A stretch of DNA of 64,000 nucleotides from a virus (taxonomy: Duplodnaviria; Caudoviricetes): positions 7,511 through 71,510 of IMG/VR virus record IMGVR_UViG_3300031519_000018, one strand, 5' to 3'. The position numbers and the translations under genes are program-made. The notes under the pieces were generated by a model. That model worked only from the letters and a program-made list of their open reading frames with translations. It had not been told where the DNA came from and did no database searches. The number at the start of each line of letters is the position of its first letter. The first letter of the stretch is position 1. Below, in pieces: positions 63,664-64,000 of the stretch.

Positions 63664-63807
63664 ATGAAAGAAAAAAGAAACTGGAGTTTAAGTCTAGGAA
63701 CTTACCCAGGTATTTTAATAGGAGCTAGAACTTACGACGAAGACACTCAAGTCACTCATGTGCTATACATACCTTTCGTAGACATAGCCTTAGAGATTTT
63801 TAAATAA
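63664..63807 (+). CDS. Small hypothetical protein (47 aa)
   Basis: Hand translation MKEKRNWSLSLGTYPG...; coupled to nrdB. Confidence 0.6.
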   Translation: MKEKRNWSLSLGTYPGILIGARTYDEDTQVTHVLYIPFVDIALEIFK

Positions 63808-64000
63808 TGGGATTATTTGATGAGCGCATAGCGTACAAACCATTTGAATATCCTGAGTACTATACAGAAGGTTGGTTAAAACAAGCTCAAGCATTTTGGT
63901 TACACACTGAAATCTCAATGCAGAGCGATATAAAAGATTGGAATGAAAAACTTACAGAAAAAGAAAAGCACCTCGTTGGGAACATACTTCTTGGATTCGC
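63807..64000 (+). CDS. nrdB: Ribonucleotide reductase beta subunit, N-terminal part (runs off window)
   Basis: YKPFEYP, QAFWLHTEI.M..D..DW motifs. Confidence 0.9.
   Translation, partial: MGLFDERIAYKPFEYPEYYTEGWLKQAQAFWLHTEISMQSDIKDWNEKLTEKEKHLVGNILLGF

Noticed and set aside
63506-63667. -1 frame ORF overlapping the resolvase end (MRRDSKIDPSQAKRIARQKY...) as a programmed frameshift
   Set aside because: No canonical slippery heptamer; may be a separate small gene or a sequence variant.
1-64000. Stop-codon reassignment, introns or inteins in core genes
   Set aside because: Core ORFs are full length under code 11 with no visible insertions.

Overview
Most of the genome of an AT-rich tailed phage (Caudoviricetes, podovirus-like), probably infecting marine Bacteroidota/Flavobacteriia (A-rich leaders without Shine-Dalgarno such as AAATAAAACTATG; Bacteroidota-phage-type SSB, portal, capsid and muzzle-like proteins). 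The minus strand (~391-47672) holds the late genes: endolysin, a predicted outer-membrane beta-barrel, a 3020-aa ejection-type protein, tail/ring proteins, major capsid, scaffold, portal, terminase, collagen and other fibres, holin, a cluster of small basic proteins sharing an SP[L/F/M/A]KQ motif, and GroES/GroEL. A non-coding switch region (~47700-48610) has iteron-like repeats and an AT-rich tract. The plus strand then carries tiny early genes behind seven copies of a 32-bp promoter-like motif, an RNA cluster, and replication and nucleotide genes: ATP-dependent ligase, DenV-like glycosylase, sigma factor, Erf, exonuclease, SSB, primase-helicase, a dCMP-hydroxymethylase-like enzyme, two NTP pyrophosphatases, resolvase and RNR. 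Top candidate new system: a 78-nt RNA that is a complete tmRNA tRNA-like domain (G3-U70 Ala identity) with no tag ORF or pseudoknots, plus a second diverged 115-nt tmRNA-like RNA. Other highlights are probable cytosine modification, the SPxKQ cargo-protein family and a tandem double-GroES protein. All calls were made by eye from motifs and base-pairing; no database searches were run.
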